Source of the DNA: Alloascoidea hylecoeti
Taxonomy: Eukaryota
Assembly (NCBI GenBank): GCA_001600815.1
Contig: BCKZ01000009.1
Location: 1 to 64,000, forward strand
Direction: 5' to 3'
DNA length: 64,000 nt
A model generated the notes under the pieces. That model did not search any database and was not told where the DNA came from. It saw only the letters and a list, made by a program, of their open reading frames with translations. A program made the translations under genes and the position numbers. Shown here piece by piece: positions 10,386-22,803 of this stretch (the first letter of the stretch is position 1; each line of letters opens with the position of its first letter).

Positions 10386-12278
10386 ATGATTTTAAACCAT
10401 ATTGCACTGGTATTCTTGTCACTAGTAGTAGGTCGTGCTTCCGGTCAGATAATTCTTATCGCTGCTGATCGAGTATCAAACAGTATGAAGGCTGCGAATC
10501 TATGGCTGGTGCTAAATAATGCTAACTCTCTCTTATTATTTCAATATATTAAGAAGAAGTTCGGAGGAGGAGATGGGAAATCTAAGGAAACTGAATCCGG
10601 GCTGCTTAACAATGAAACCCCTCTAGCTAATAGTCCCGATCAAAAATCAGTCTCTTTGGGTATTACTACTAGCACAAACACTGGCCATGTAACAGAACTT
10701 GGCAATCTGGATTTAGAGCAAGGTGAAAATCATAAGACTTCAATAAATTCTACTACTTCAGTTCAGGATAAATGGAAATCATATCCAATAGCTTTAGGAA
10801 CATTTCAAAGTATATTTACAATNATTTTATACATATTAGGTTTGGGTGCTTCTAGGATTCTTAGTGTTCCAATTCTCTATGGAACTGAACCTGTGTTCAT
10901 ATTGCCAAATCCAGAATCAGAAGAGTATGGTACAAGGCTTTATGTAAATGAAACTGGTGATTCACTTATCAATGCTCAATTCACAAATCAGATGTATGCG
11001 TGGGCACATTTCTATGATGAGCATCCACTTCATACTAATGGACGACCAAATAGGATAAATGAGTTGCTTTCTAGTGATGACATTATGATGGGCCTATATG
11101 CTACTGAAATGGCAAAACAACTTAAAATCGAAAAAGCTTTCAACAATCAAAGCATATCTCTTTACAATCTTACATTTGATCCCTACAAAGAGCTGAACGA
11201 AGCAGCATTTTACTCTAAAAATCATTCATTAATTGAGGTAGGTGGGTTTTCAACTGTTTTTAGATCTAGTGATAATGCACTTGATTATGTCCCTATACCA
11301 TTAATGTCGATACCTAATGGTTCATATACTTCAAGATTGGCAAACTTCTTCAACGTTAAAGCAGAAATGAATGGTATTTTATTTATCAATTTTCAACACA
11401 GTATATTACGACAGCTATTAATTGAAAAGGAGTATTTCAAAATAGAGACTTATGATCCATTAAAAAGTAATTTTTATAGATTGTCAAATTATTATACGTA
11501 CTATGGGACATTTGATTTTGGAGATCAGGCGGAAGATTGGTTAAGTACTCCATATGTTGGTATAATAAATGGTTCTATAGAAGATGGAATAATGACAACG
11601 GATATGCTTCATTTTCTTGAGGTTCAAATTCAAAATACAACCACTATTTTAGACTTTGAAGATAGTAAGGTGAATGGAGTTCCATGGTTAGATTTACTCT
11701 CGTTCCCACAAGTATTCACTGATGTTGATCATTATTCATTTACTCACACGAATAGAGACATGGACGAAATAGATTTTTATCTTTTCAGGTGTGGAATCCA
11801 TGACACACGTATTATTGGTTTAAATGGTACTCTTCTATATGAATATGGCTTTACTGTTGGGGATTTTATAAATTGCACAGCCGGCAGTGAAGGTACATTT
11901 TATGGTGTACAAGTTAATAATCCACTCTTTATCAGATATAAATGGTTACATCAACGTAAGAATATAACTGTAGGAAAGGAAATTAGCACTAAACATTATG
12001 GATTTGCAACGAAGCCACTATATTTTAAAGATATTGACTTAAATGGTAAACAAAAGTATTATCTTCCTAAAAATAGTACTTACAAAAATATTGAGACAAA
12101 ATATATCATAAGTAATGCATGGATTGGTATTATGTGCTCTATTACTGTAGTATGGCTTATAATGTTATGTATTCCTACTTTGAAAAAATCATCAACAATT
12201 GTTTTTATTGAAGAACAAGCAAAAGCCATTACAAAATCAATTTGGGATACTGTATTTTCGAAGTCTCATTTGAAGTAG
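10386..12278 (+). CDS. Uncharacterised membrane glycoprotein, 630 aa
   Basis: Long open frame (one N base at 10823), hydrophobic N-terminus, TM-like segments near aa 135-165 and 578-598, many N-x-S/T sequons in between. No family recognised. Confidence 0.75.
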   Translation: MILNHIALVFLSLVVGRASGQIILIAADRVSNSMKAANLWLVLNNANSLLLFQYIKKKFGGGDGKSKETESGLLNNETPLANSPDQKSVSLGITTSTNTGHVTELGNLDLEQGENHKTSINSTTSVQDKWKSYPIALGTFQSIFTXILYILGLGASRILSVPILYGTEPVFILPNPESEEYGTRLYVNETGDSLINAQFTNQMYAWAHFYDEHPLHTNGRPNRINELLSSDDIMMGLYATEMAKQLKIEKAFNNQSISLYNLTFDPYKELNEAAFYSKNHSLIEVGGFSTVFRSSDNALDYVPIPLMSIPNGSYTSRLANFFNVKAEMNGILFINFQHSILRQLLIEKEYFKIETYDPLKSNFYRLSNYYTYYGTFDFGDQAEDWLSTPYVGIINGSIEDGIMTTDMLHFLEVQIQNTTTILDFEDSKVNGVPWLDLLSFPQVFTDVDHYSFTHTNRDMDEIDFYLFRCGIHDTRIIGLNGTLLYEYGFTVGDFINCTAGSEGTFYGVQVNNPLFIRYKWLHQRKNITVGKEISTKHYGFATKPLYFKDIDLNGKQKYYLPKNSTYKNIETKYIISNAWIGIMCSITVVWLIMLCIPTLKKSSTIVFIEEQAKAITKSIWDTVFSKSHLK

Positions 12279-12899
12279 CAACTCAAACCTGTCGAATTTG
12301 TGATTATGAATGGCGAATATACTAACTAATCCCTTTGTTTATTTATGTACATATGGGTTAATATTATGCTCTTACTTTTTTATATTTCCAAATATTATAT
12401 ACCTATAAGGTTATATATAATAACTAAGAATCAATTTTAAATAACCTTATACCTCGTAAGAAGTGCCAATAGGGTATCTGACTATGACATTAGCCGTATA
12501 TGTGTATGATCTAGAAATAAAAAAAAAAAAAGGTTTTACCGAATGTTTTAGCAAATATCAAAGATTAAAGCTTCAGAAATCGAAGGTTATCATTTACCAG
12601 GATTAGAGTATTACTCCAACTATTTTAAAACTAAAGGTTGTAAGGATATAACGATTTTATGGCTGGAGAATAACTTGTATTAGAAAGAGAGCTTACTATT
12701 TAAGACCTAAAAGCCGGGTAGCCATGTGACTGTGTAATGTTATAAACTTTATAGTTATTGCAGTAAAACAAAGTAATATATCAACAATTAATTTCTTATT
12801 TGATTGCATCAACAGTATAACTTCGGGAATCGTTTATTCCCATATGTCCATATCAATAAAAACGCATATGCATGTTTAGCTCTTCAGGGCCTTGTAGAA

Positions 12900-13975
12900 T
12901 ATAAATGGGTTTTCAGTAAAATCATAAATAAAAACATTATCATTCGTAGATATAGCAGCTAGCCTTTTGGAATCAGATTCAATTACTGAAGTATAATCTT
13001 GTGTCAAAATTTTTAAACTCAAAAAACTTTAAATTGTAGATCATTTAAATTCCAACTCTGATTGTAGAATCGTAATCAACTGAAAAGATTTTGTTATTAT
13101 TTATACATAAACTGTGTATTCTTTGATCTGATAAAATATTTGTTTTGTTTGTAAATCCATAACTGTTAGATTGTGGTCGTCGCTAACAAATAAGTATTGT
13201 TCATTTACTGAAAGAAAGCAATTCACACCATCAAATCGAAATTCTTGGATTATTTGACCAGTTTCAATAATCTTACAGCTCGAGGTTCTTCACCATATAT
13301 AATATCATTATGAATGCATATACGATCAATCCTGTCTTCTTTTATACGGTGTTAAAAATTAAACTTTAGTTGTTCCAAATTATCAAAAGTCGATTTTCAA
13401 ACCCCAATAGAATCCTTATTACAACATACAATATAATCATTGTATAAAGCGACGCCTCCCAAATCGAAGTGGAAATCTACTTGTGGTAATATCAGACGGT
13501 CTATTGGTATGAAATTTGGTAATTCTCAAATTATACAAGACAGACCCATCGTCTAATACTGAAACTAATATATTAATCATTAATATCCAAATGAAATATT
13601 TCATCATTTTTTTCTATTAACTCCAACAATTCAGTTTCTGTTAATATAATTCTTAAAAATTGTTTGGTTTCCCTAATACTCTTAAACATTGAAAGGTTTC
13701 ATTATCCCAAATTCTTATTGTGCAATCTTGTAAACCAGTTATAATACAGTTTTTATAAAATTTAACACAATATGTGCGGGCAAAAAGACCATTTAATTCA
13801 TGCTTTGTAAATTTACCATTTTTCCAATTAGATTCCAATAGATAACGTTCTTTGTATAATTCATTTGGAAACTCTTTTACAATTAAGTAAAGCTGTTGGT
13901 GGAAAATCCGAAAAGATTATTTAAGATATTTCATCAGGGAGATCAGAAACAAAATCGGTCGTCGTCTCAAGATTT
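12900..13975 (-). pseudogene. F-box/WD40 (Cdc4/Met30/beta-TrCP-like) pseudogene, copy 1
   Basis: F-box DFVSDLPDEIS*IIFS, linker YKERYLLESNWKNGKF, WD repeat CVKFYKNCIITGLQDCTIRIWD; stops, frameshifts and deletions. Confidence 0.8.
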
Positions 13976-15298
13976 TGGTGTAAGGACACCACATTTCAAT
14001 AGTTTAAATTTGTGTCGTTTGCGTACTTGTGGTTAACAATAATATTATGGCTTTTTCCAATAATAAACGTGAAGAAAAGAAAGGGAGCCTAAATTTGATA
14101 TTGCCCCTGCTTTTGTGATTTCTAAGGTGGTACAGTAATGATGAGTCTGGGCAAGGTGTTCATTACTATGCATACTCATGTGGGCCACCAAATTTGCTTT
14201 CCTTATAAAATTTATACCGGTATACGGAATATTCTCGCCATTCAAAAGGCTCTTTCTGGATGAAAAGAATCAAATATATGTTGTGAAGATAGACTGGTCT
14301 CACAACGTAATGGTGTTGCATAGTCTTTTTACTTAACATCGGACACTCGGTGGACTAATAATTATTTGGACATGTGACTAATAATCGGACACTTTATCAC
14401 TAACGAATACTCGGCCACAACATATAATTACAGGATCTGGGTATGGGAAAGTATGTTCCACGTAAATCAAGCCAGACCTTTGAACTTCAAAATATTTATA
14501 ACACGAGGAAGTTTAGGTTATACAGACTTATTGTATATATTGGAACTTGGAAAAGTGGTTGTATTTTATTGTTCTTCATACTCCATGCCTCGTAGCGTCG
14601 CTTATGGCATTAAGGTGTGCTAAATATACCATACACAAAGCACTCAATCCACTGAAAAACTTGATGGGATCATCTTCTAGAATTAACTCAGGTGTAAGGG
14701 GGATTTTCAAGAATATGCTTATTAATATTATTGGAAACCCCGTGGAATTGGTAAGTGATACGGAAAGCAGCCCTTCATCTTGGCCACATATTGCACCTGC
14801 TGAAAGATCCCAAAAGCTTGTACTACGTACAGTAAGATCTTTACAAAAATATAAACTACGTAACAGATTCTCCTCCAAGATGAGGACAGTCATATTTTAC
14901 TTAAGTTCGGCCACAAGGTGAATATAATCTTATAGCTAATATGTCATGGTACAGTAAGAATTTTGACTGCAACAATGATAGCATTATACATACACCAACA
15001 TCAAAACCAATCTATAATATGAATGATCATTCCTTTACAGCTATATTACTATGTTTATATCTGAAGCATGAAAATTCAATTTAGTTTAAACTTTCTAATA
15101 ATTCTGATTAACCAAACCTACAGAAGTTACATTTGCTATTGACATTTGTTACATCACTATTTCCAATGATCAATTTATAATTGTGATCTATATAAAGCTA
15201 TCATTTCCCCCGTTCTTTGTATTCTTTCTGTATCAGTATTAATCTGCCAACAAATCATTACACCTCGTTATTATCATAATCTCTACTACAAATCAACA

Positions 15299-15666
15299 AT
15301 GTCTGACGGTAAGTTTTGATATCTATCCAATTATTTCCATTCAACAGTTTCTAATAACTTATTCTCAATATAATAGTCGGAAGAAAAAGTTTCACAGATA
15401 AAGCTAGCGAAGCCATCAAACCAGACTCTGAAAAGGATACATTAGAAAAGCTACAAGAGAAGGGAACAGACAATCTTGACAAATTTGGTAAAAAAATTCA
15501 ACCAGAAAGTGACAAAGGTACGCTTCAAAAAGGTTCTGATAAAGCATCCACAGAACCAGAAACCTTTTCTGACCAAGCCAATGCATACTTAGAATCAGCT
15601 TTAGAATCAGCCAAAGAAAAAGTTGCTGGGGTCGCTGACCAAGTTTCTGATTCTCTTAGAAAATAA
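15299..15666 (+). CDS. HSP12: Hsp12/Hsp9-family stress protein; exons 15299-15308 and 15377-15666
   Basis: GTAAGT...TAG intron. Spliced product MSDVGRKSFTDKASEAIKPDSEK..LEK..EKGTD..DK...IQPESDKG..QK has the Hsp12 signature. Not in the ORF track. Confidence 0.92.
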
Positions 15667-16333
15667 CCGGTTTACAGTTATAGGTTGAAATTTAAAACAA
15701 TAATTATACACTTCTGATTATAATTAGGGATGTATATGAAAATAAACATATGTGATAATAAACATAACTACCGGCAAACAGAATTAAATCGTGTTTTATC
15801 CATTCTTTATCTCCTGTATAAATAGAGTTGCTAGATTTTAAAGTTTTTGCACTTGTGTTCGCGGTTATTATTGAACTCACCCCTATAAGACTAAATAGTT
15901 CTCACCTAGAATCAAAGGAAAAGTTTCAACGGTAAAAAAGTAGTCTTCAAGATACATAATCGTTACAAGCTTAAGACTTATGAAAATGTGTTCCACTGGC
16001 CGGTGAAGTTAAGTACTATTTTATAGTATAATTTACTACTAATTAGCCACACACATTTGTAATAGACAGTAAATAACAAATGATACTCTTGGTATCTGTA
16101 GAGCCTAGAGATTTATTAAAAAACAGGAAATGAAGATTTTAAACTAATGTGTTAGAAAGTAAATGAATTAAAAGGGTGCCAAATGTCATTTGTTGTGCTT
16201 TATATTATTATTATTATATTATACTACTATTATATGTATATAATTTGAAGCTTATTTTATCGCAATTATTTAACATTATTATTATATCAAATCTAAAAAC
16301 TATTCCTGATCTATAAAGAGAAAACCTGATTCC

Positions 16334-18017
16334 TTAATTACATATTATAATGTTTTTATTATTAAATTCGTCATTATCTTTTTCATTTTGAGTTTGTCTG
16401 TTTAATTTACCAGAATTAAAGTTATCACCAAAAACAGTTTGAACATCTTCTAACGAATAACCTCTTGTTTCTGGGAATAAAAAGTAAATAATAATTATTT
16501 CTAATAATAACCAACAAGTCCATAAAATATAATATTTCCATCTAATAGCTTCCAAAGCAATTGGATTAGTAAATCCAGTAATAAGTCCTAATATTATCTG
16601 AATCATAAGGAAAATATTCATACCTTTTGCACGAAGTGAAAATGGAAGAACTTCACTTAGGTATAAATATGGTAATCCACATAAACCACTATTATATGCA
16701 AAATAATATAAGAAAATCATTGCAAGAACACCTTTTCCTAAAGCTTTATTTTCAAAATTTGTTTGCTCATTAATAGCTGATAAAACTGTCCAGATTAAAT
16801 AACAAATAAACATCATGATAGTACTAGATAAGAACATAACTCTTCTACCAATACGATTAACAAAAAATGGAGCCATTATTGCTGTTCCTTGATTATAAGT
16901 CATAAGAGCACCATTGATAATTAATTGTTGAGATGGGGTTGTAATACCAATACTGTTTAAAACTTTGGTAAGATAATAACTAACCAAACTATTACCAGAA
17001 AATTGTAATAATATTGGTAAGAAACAAACAATTGCTAATCGATGTATGTTTGCTTTACTAGATATGAAAGTTTTATAACCAGTTCTATTATTAATCTTAT
17101 CAAACTCAATAGAATTAGTGATTTCTGCTAATTGAGCATCAATAAATTCACCACACCGAGCTTCATCATCACCACCATGCCATTTCATTAACATTGCTCT
17201 AGCTTCATTAGTTTTACCTCTTGAAGCTAAATATCTTGGACTTTCCGGAACAAATTTCATAAATGCTAATTGAAGCATAACAAAAGCAGATTGCATCATA
17301 ACAAGTGGTCTCCAAGCCCATGAAGTATTACCTAAATGATAACATCCATATGTAGCCCAAGCAGCAATAATAGCACCAGAATACCATAGTGTATTATAAC
17401 AAGTTGTTGCTATTTCTCTATGTGTTGGATAAGCAATTTCTGTTAATAATGGAACATTACCTATACTAACTATTGCACCTCCAGCACCTATGATAATTCT
17501 ACTAACTATGAATAAGGTATATCCTTTTGTAGCGGATTGAATAATAATTCCAACAAGCATAATACAATCACCACAGATTATACATTTCCTTCTTCCATAT
17601 GTATCTGATAACCAAGGTAGAACCCAAAAGAGAAATACGAATGGGAAACTCATACCTTTATAAAAATATTAGTATCAATGAATATTTATAAAACTTTGAA
17701 ATATAATATATTAACTTACTCACTACCAATACACCCATAGCAGGTGCTTTTGGTGTTCCAATATCAACATACCATTTCATTAATGATTGTAAGCCATTCA
17801 ACATTGAAGAATCATAACCATTAGTTGTTGCACTGAAAAAAATCACTAAAATAGCAAAATTTAATCTGAGTAAATGTGGAACATGTATCCATGATTTTTC
17901 ATATTTTGGTATTAAATCAAATAATGATGATGAATTACCATTATTTTCTGATAATTCATTAATACTTGTTAATGGTGAATCTTTATCTATCCGATTTGAT
18001 TGAACTGTCTCGATCAT
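16334..18017 (-). CDS. MFS sugar porter, lactose/cellodextrin permease (LAC12/CDT-like); exons 18017-17720 and 17655-16334
   Basis: NGYDSSMLNGLQSL, DTYGRR, EIAYPTHR, PESPR, QFSGNSLVSYYL and PETRG motifs. A 64-nt GTAAGT..TACTAAT..AAG intron joins the two track ORFs in frame (about 539 aa). Confidence 0.9.
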
Positions 18018-19849
18018 TTTTTATTAATTAACAATTAGATGAAGTTCATGAATATGGGGCATATTATGTTTATATATAATGCTCTCCTCATTCTTATAAA
18101 TTATATTTAGATATTGGGTTCCCTTCATGGCTGGTCGATGCATGGTCTGCTTGCAAGGATATATCACCCATCCAATCTTAATTTTGATTTTAATATATAT
18201 GGATTGGATATAGATATTGACGTTAAGTAAATAAATATATAAGATCTTATATCAATACACTGAATAGTTCTTTCTAAATATATACGCTGTAAAGATTGAA
18301 AGACGAGTATAAGATCTTACAAGTAGCTTCAAGTTGCAATATGATAATAATGAATTAAAACAGGACCAATTATTTTTTAAAATTTGCAATTGATATATAA
18401 ACTTTTTATAAAGGCACAACAATGTGGGGGAATAGGTTATGATAGCCTTTTTCAGGATTGTTGTTGTTATTCCAGCATTGCCGGCATCGATGAGAAACAT
18501 TATAATGTGGGGAAATTGTTAGGATTGGGCTGAACATCTATTACCTACTACCTACCCTTTTCAGATTAAAAGAAACTTTTGATTTTGCAATTTCATTTTT
18601 AAACATTGTAAGCATCAATATCACCGTTAATATTTGGGGAAATAGTTCAAAATTTCAAATAAGTTTAATAAAGTGGTTATGAACTTATGATAGGTTAATT
18701 GATTGGAATCTTCAAAAATATCTTAAGCTCCCATTAAAAAGTTTAGATGAAAGGGTTGGAAGAGAAATTTACAAAATGGCCATGGATTAAGTTGCATATG
18801 GCATAACTTATAGACCAGGGCCTCCGTAAAGTTTGAGTCTGTTCGTGTTTAAGCTAAGTCTTTGGCCACGGTCGATAGAAAAATACCACGCACTACCAAA
18901 TAGTAGCAATTAAACTTTGTTTTTAAATTGGGTAGAAATAATAGCAATGTATAGGTATACCCATGCGGAGTAATTATAATGATTTTTAAACGTTCACTAA
19001 TATTCTTATAGTGCCTTAAAATATCAATTAATATTGGAAATTTTGAATGAAACAATTAATTGATTATCACGTAAATATCTGATGAAATATTTAGTTATTA
19101 ACGTTCCATCAAAATCCTTTTGGTAAATGAGGAATGCCTCAGCGCTACTTTAAATTTCATTGTCCTAGCATAGTATGCAACCTAATAATTAAGCTTACTT
19201 AAGTTATTGCTAGTTAAAAAAAAGTTTTTAAATAATTTTACTCCGTTGAGATCCATGAAGGCTGAATTATTTCCATTAAAGTGCCTGTTGGAACCAGTTA
19301 CGCCAAAAAGTCACAGGATCCCTTTCGAAGAGAGTCAATATCCAGCAATTAATATTTCCTATACCAGCCTCGAAGAAAGAGTTAATTATAAACTTAAGTC
19401 GTATTGGTACCTTTAAAGAAGCTTCTATTCATGATGCATTAACTCAATTTATCCCGAAATGTCACAATTACTTAAACAATATTAACATTGTCTTTACAAT
19501 GAGCTATACCTATTTATAACAATAAAGGAAAATATGGCAGAATTAATCATCAGAACAAGCTTTAAATAACTCTCAAGCTTCTAACAAAAACATTAATTTC
19601 AATAAAGCAAGATATCTATAATAGGAAGGTGGGTCATAGTCTCAGGATTCATAAATAATTGATATCAACAATAATAGTAAGTAGGATAGTAGACTAAAAA
19701 ATCTCTGCCATCTATTCCGGAGCCTATACCGTATTCACCACGTATGAAGAAGCCAATAAATTCTAATAACAATAATGATTACCATGATCGATCAGCACTC
19801 TGAAAATCGAGGAAACTTTTACAATCTCTAGTCTATCTCAAAAATAACA

Positions 19850-20415
19850 AAAGATAAATAGATTGTTAGATCAATCATTATAAGTGCTCCAACTTCTATG
19901 TATGGACATCCATCCGATTCGTGTTTTGATCCTAACTGAATAAAAAACTTTTATGAACTATTATGGTATTGTGTTATTGATCAAGTAAACTCCATTCCAA
20001 ATTATCCGGATCCTCCTTCCAAATCTGAACAGTTGAAGAATGCCTATGCTACGATTATCTTCTATAATGATATTAAATCATTTATTTTATTGAATAAATT
20101 TTTACCCCAGAAGCTCCTGTTTTGGGGAGCTAATTCCAATTGGTTTGGTCAGTTAACCCACCTAGACACCATTGGAAATTCAAGGACTTGGTGTTAATTA
20201 GCAATATTATAATGATTTTGCTTCAAATGCTATTAAAAAGTTGAAACTCAGAGTTTCAGAAAATTGGGTTGCTAGAACTGAGTTAGTTTTTGCGATATTG
20301 GGGGGTTTTCCAAATGATAATAGATTTAATGAAGAAAAATTTGTAATTGTTTTGTAATTTGGTATATTATCTATCTTTACATTAAAATGGTTACTCAAAG
20401 CACATCTACAATGAA
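19850..20415 (+). pseudogene. Possible decayed gene of unknown family
   Basis: Long stop-poor stretches (FYELLWYCVIDQVNSIPNYPDPP...LLFWGANSNWFGQL; YYNDFASNAIKKLKLRVSENWVARTELVFAILGGFP) interrupted by stops and a frameshift. Confidence 0.35.
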
Positions 20416-20642
20416 CTCTGTGAAGAGGGTATATAAATGATTGCGCATTTAAAAAGGATTTCGTAGAAAATGGGAGTATTACTTCCCATGATCATTCATA
20501 TTTTATTGTAATAAAAGTTAGAACTTCAGTGATGGCAGAATTAAATAGTGTTACCCTACCTTCAATAAATGGAAAAAATTAAAAAAGACTCACACATTTT
20601 TAAAAATCATCAGTAACTAAAAAACCAATTATTTAAGTAAAG

Positions 20643-21689
20643 ATGAGTGAACCAGCAGTATGTAAATGTTATTGGTACTACATATAATTGAATTTTTATT
20701 TTTATTTGATGTATGGTTAATACGTTTGAACAGGAATAAACTTAAGGATTTTTTTCATTTGTGTTTAATACTATTAAAGTGTTGATCTTAACATCAAATC
20801 AAATGAAACTCAATCAAAATGAGTAAAACAAATCTAACTTTTCTTGTTAATAATATAGCTTGGATTTGATCCTTCAGTTACTAAAAAGAAGAAGAAGAGC
20901 AAGCCAACATTTCTTGATGATAAAGAGTTGACACCTGAGCCATCCACTTCTGACGTTGATTTATTTGATGGTAAGAAGAAGAAAAAGAAGAAGAGTAAGG
21001 ATTCAGCTTCAACAACAACAACAGCTGTTGAAAGTCCTGAGACTAAATTAGATACTGAAGCTGTTACAGAAGAATTTCAACATTTAAAATTAAAAAAGAA
21101 GAAGAAGAAGCATCATCATGCTACTACTGATGCAAATGATTTTGATAAAGAATTAGAAAAAGCAGGTATTGTTGAAACAACAGGAAAAGATGATGAAAAA
21201 ACAAATATATCATCACAACAAGAATTACCATATGAATTTTTATTATCAAGATTTTTTACAATATTACGTAAAAATAATCCAGAATTAGCAAATGAAAAAG
21301 GTGGAATTAAATTTAAAATTCCACCACCAGAAGTTCATAAAGATGGTAAAAAATCAGTATTTGCAAATGTTGAAGAAATTGCGGAACGTATGCAAAGATC
21401 ACCAGATCATGTTATTCAATATTTATTTGTTGAATTAGGTACTTCTGGTTCAATTGATGCACAAAAAAGATTAATTATTAAAGGTCGTTTTTTACAAAAA
21501 CAATTAGAAAATGTTTTAAGAAGATATATTGGTGAATATGTTACTTGTAAAACTTGCAAATCTGTTAATACTACATTGAAAAAAGAAAACAGATTATATT
21601 TTTTGATTTGTAATAGTTGTGGTAGTACGCGGACTGTTTCTTCTATTAAGGCTGGTTTCCAAGCACAAATGAGAAGAAAGAAGTACTAA
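20643..21689 (+). CDS. SUI3: Translation initiation factor eIF2 beta; exons 20643-20657 and 20859-21689
   Basis: MSEPA|LGFDP start via a GTATGT..CTAAC..TAG intron, three poly-Lys boxes, ELGTSGSID, and a CKTC...CNSC zinc finger. Confidence 0.97.
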
Positions 21690-21918
21690 ATATAAATTTC
21701 AAATTTTAAATAAATTATAACAAGTTTAAGGATAATTATTATTGTTAGTTTATATCTTTTAATCTTATTATAAACAATTTCTACGATTACTGTATCATTT
21801 GTATTGTAAAAGTACAATATTCTGTATTAATATTAGCTATATCTATATTTTAAATCTCTAAATCTAGCATCAATTTCCAGAAATAACTATTAATTTGGAT
21901 TTGAATTAATTATTTATT

Positions 21919-22479
21919 TTAAAATATAACATTTTCCACAATCTTTCTTAATGGAACCGCCCAACCAGCAATACCATTATTAACTAACATATATTGGACC
22001 AATAAATTTTTCCCTTCAGCAGGATTTCCATCCAAAGCATTTGAAATGGAATAATAAATAATTTCATAATGATTTTCAGGTATTGAGTTAAAAAGTTTCT
22101 TAATACGTAGTGAATAATGTTGATATTCTCTTGTAGGCAACTATAGATAGATCTGTTAATAATTTGAACACAAAGAGGAAGATTAAAGTTAAAGAAGACA
22201 TATATTTACCTTTGAATCTTTGGATAATATTTCATCTATTTTTTTCTGAACAATATCTTTACTGACTAAATCCAAAAGTACAGCATCTCCAACATCTAAT
22301 GATTTTAATTTGTCTGTTTCATTTGTTCCATTTAATGCTGTGGTTGAACTTCCTATGCCTGAGGTAATGCTTTTTAATGATGATGATGATGATGTAATTG
22401 GTTTAGATGGAAGTTTTATAAAAGTTGTTGGAAAACAATCATTCCAGCCTGGTTGATTATATTTTGTCTGATAAGACAT
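21919..22479 (-). CDS. SRA1/SRAP-like small protein (about 163 aa); exons 22479-22210 and 22140-21919
   Basis: A GTAAAT..ATTAAC..TAG intron joins the two track ORFs in frame. N-terminal PGWND motif; C-terminal helical domain ending QYMLVNNGIAGWAVPLRKIV, resembling the SRA1/Sec31 C-terminal domain. Confidence 0.7.
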
Positions 22480-22769
22480 TTATGTTATTATGTTAGAGGT
22501 GAAAGGAGAAGAGCACACGTGGAACAGTTATAAATCGATCTTTTTGATTGATAAATGTGGAAATGTATACGAAGATACGAAGATATGAAATGAGAAAAAT
22601 GATAAATGAAGGTTGTTTCTCAAATAGGCATATAAATTCTTAACATCCAAATATTTCAACGGCTTAAAAAGTGAATTTATAAGTTTGGGATGAGACATTT
22701 TATAAAACAAAGACAAATCTAAAATTGCTATTCAGATGTACGGGTGTTTACGTGCTAAACACAAACAAA

Positions 22770-22776
22770 CACGAAA
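22770..22776 (+). promoter_or_regulatory. SCB-like CACGAAA in the short divergent promoter
   Basis: Exact SCB consensus about 30 nt upstream of the 22804 ATG; a single short motif. Confidence 0.3.
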
Positions 22777-22803
22777 CACCAATAATTTAATGTTTATTTA
22801 CAG

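Noticed and set aside
14547..14921. Overlapping 124-aa (+) and 105-aa (-) ORFs
   Set aside because: No recognisable motif or host-like codon bias; may be a relic but cannot be supported.
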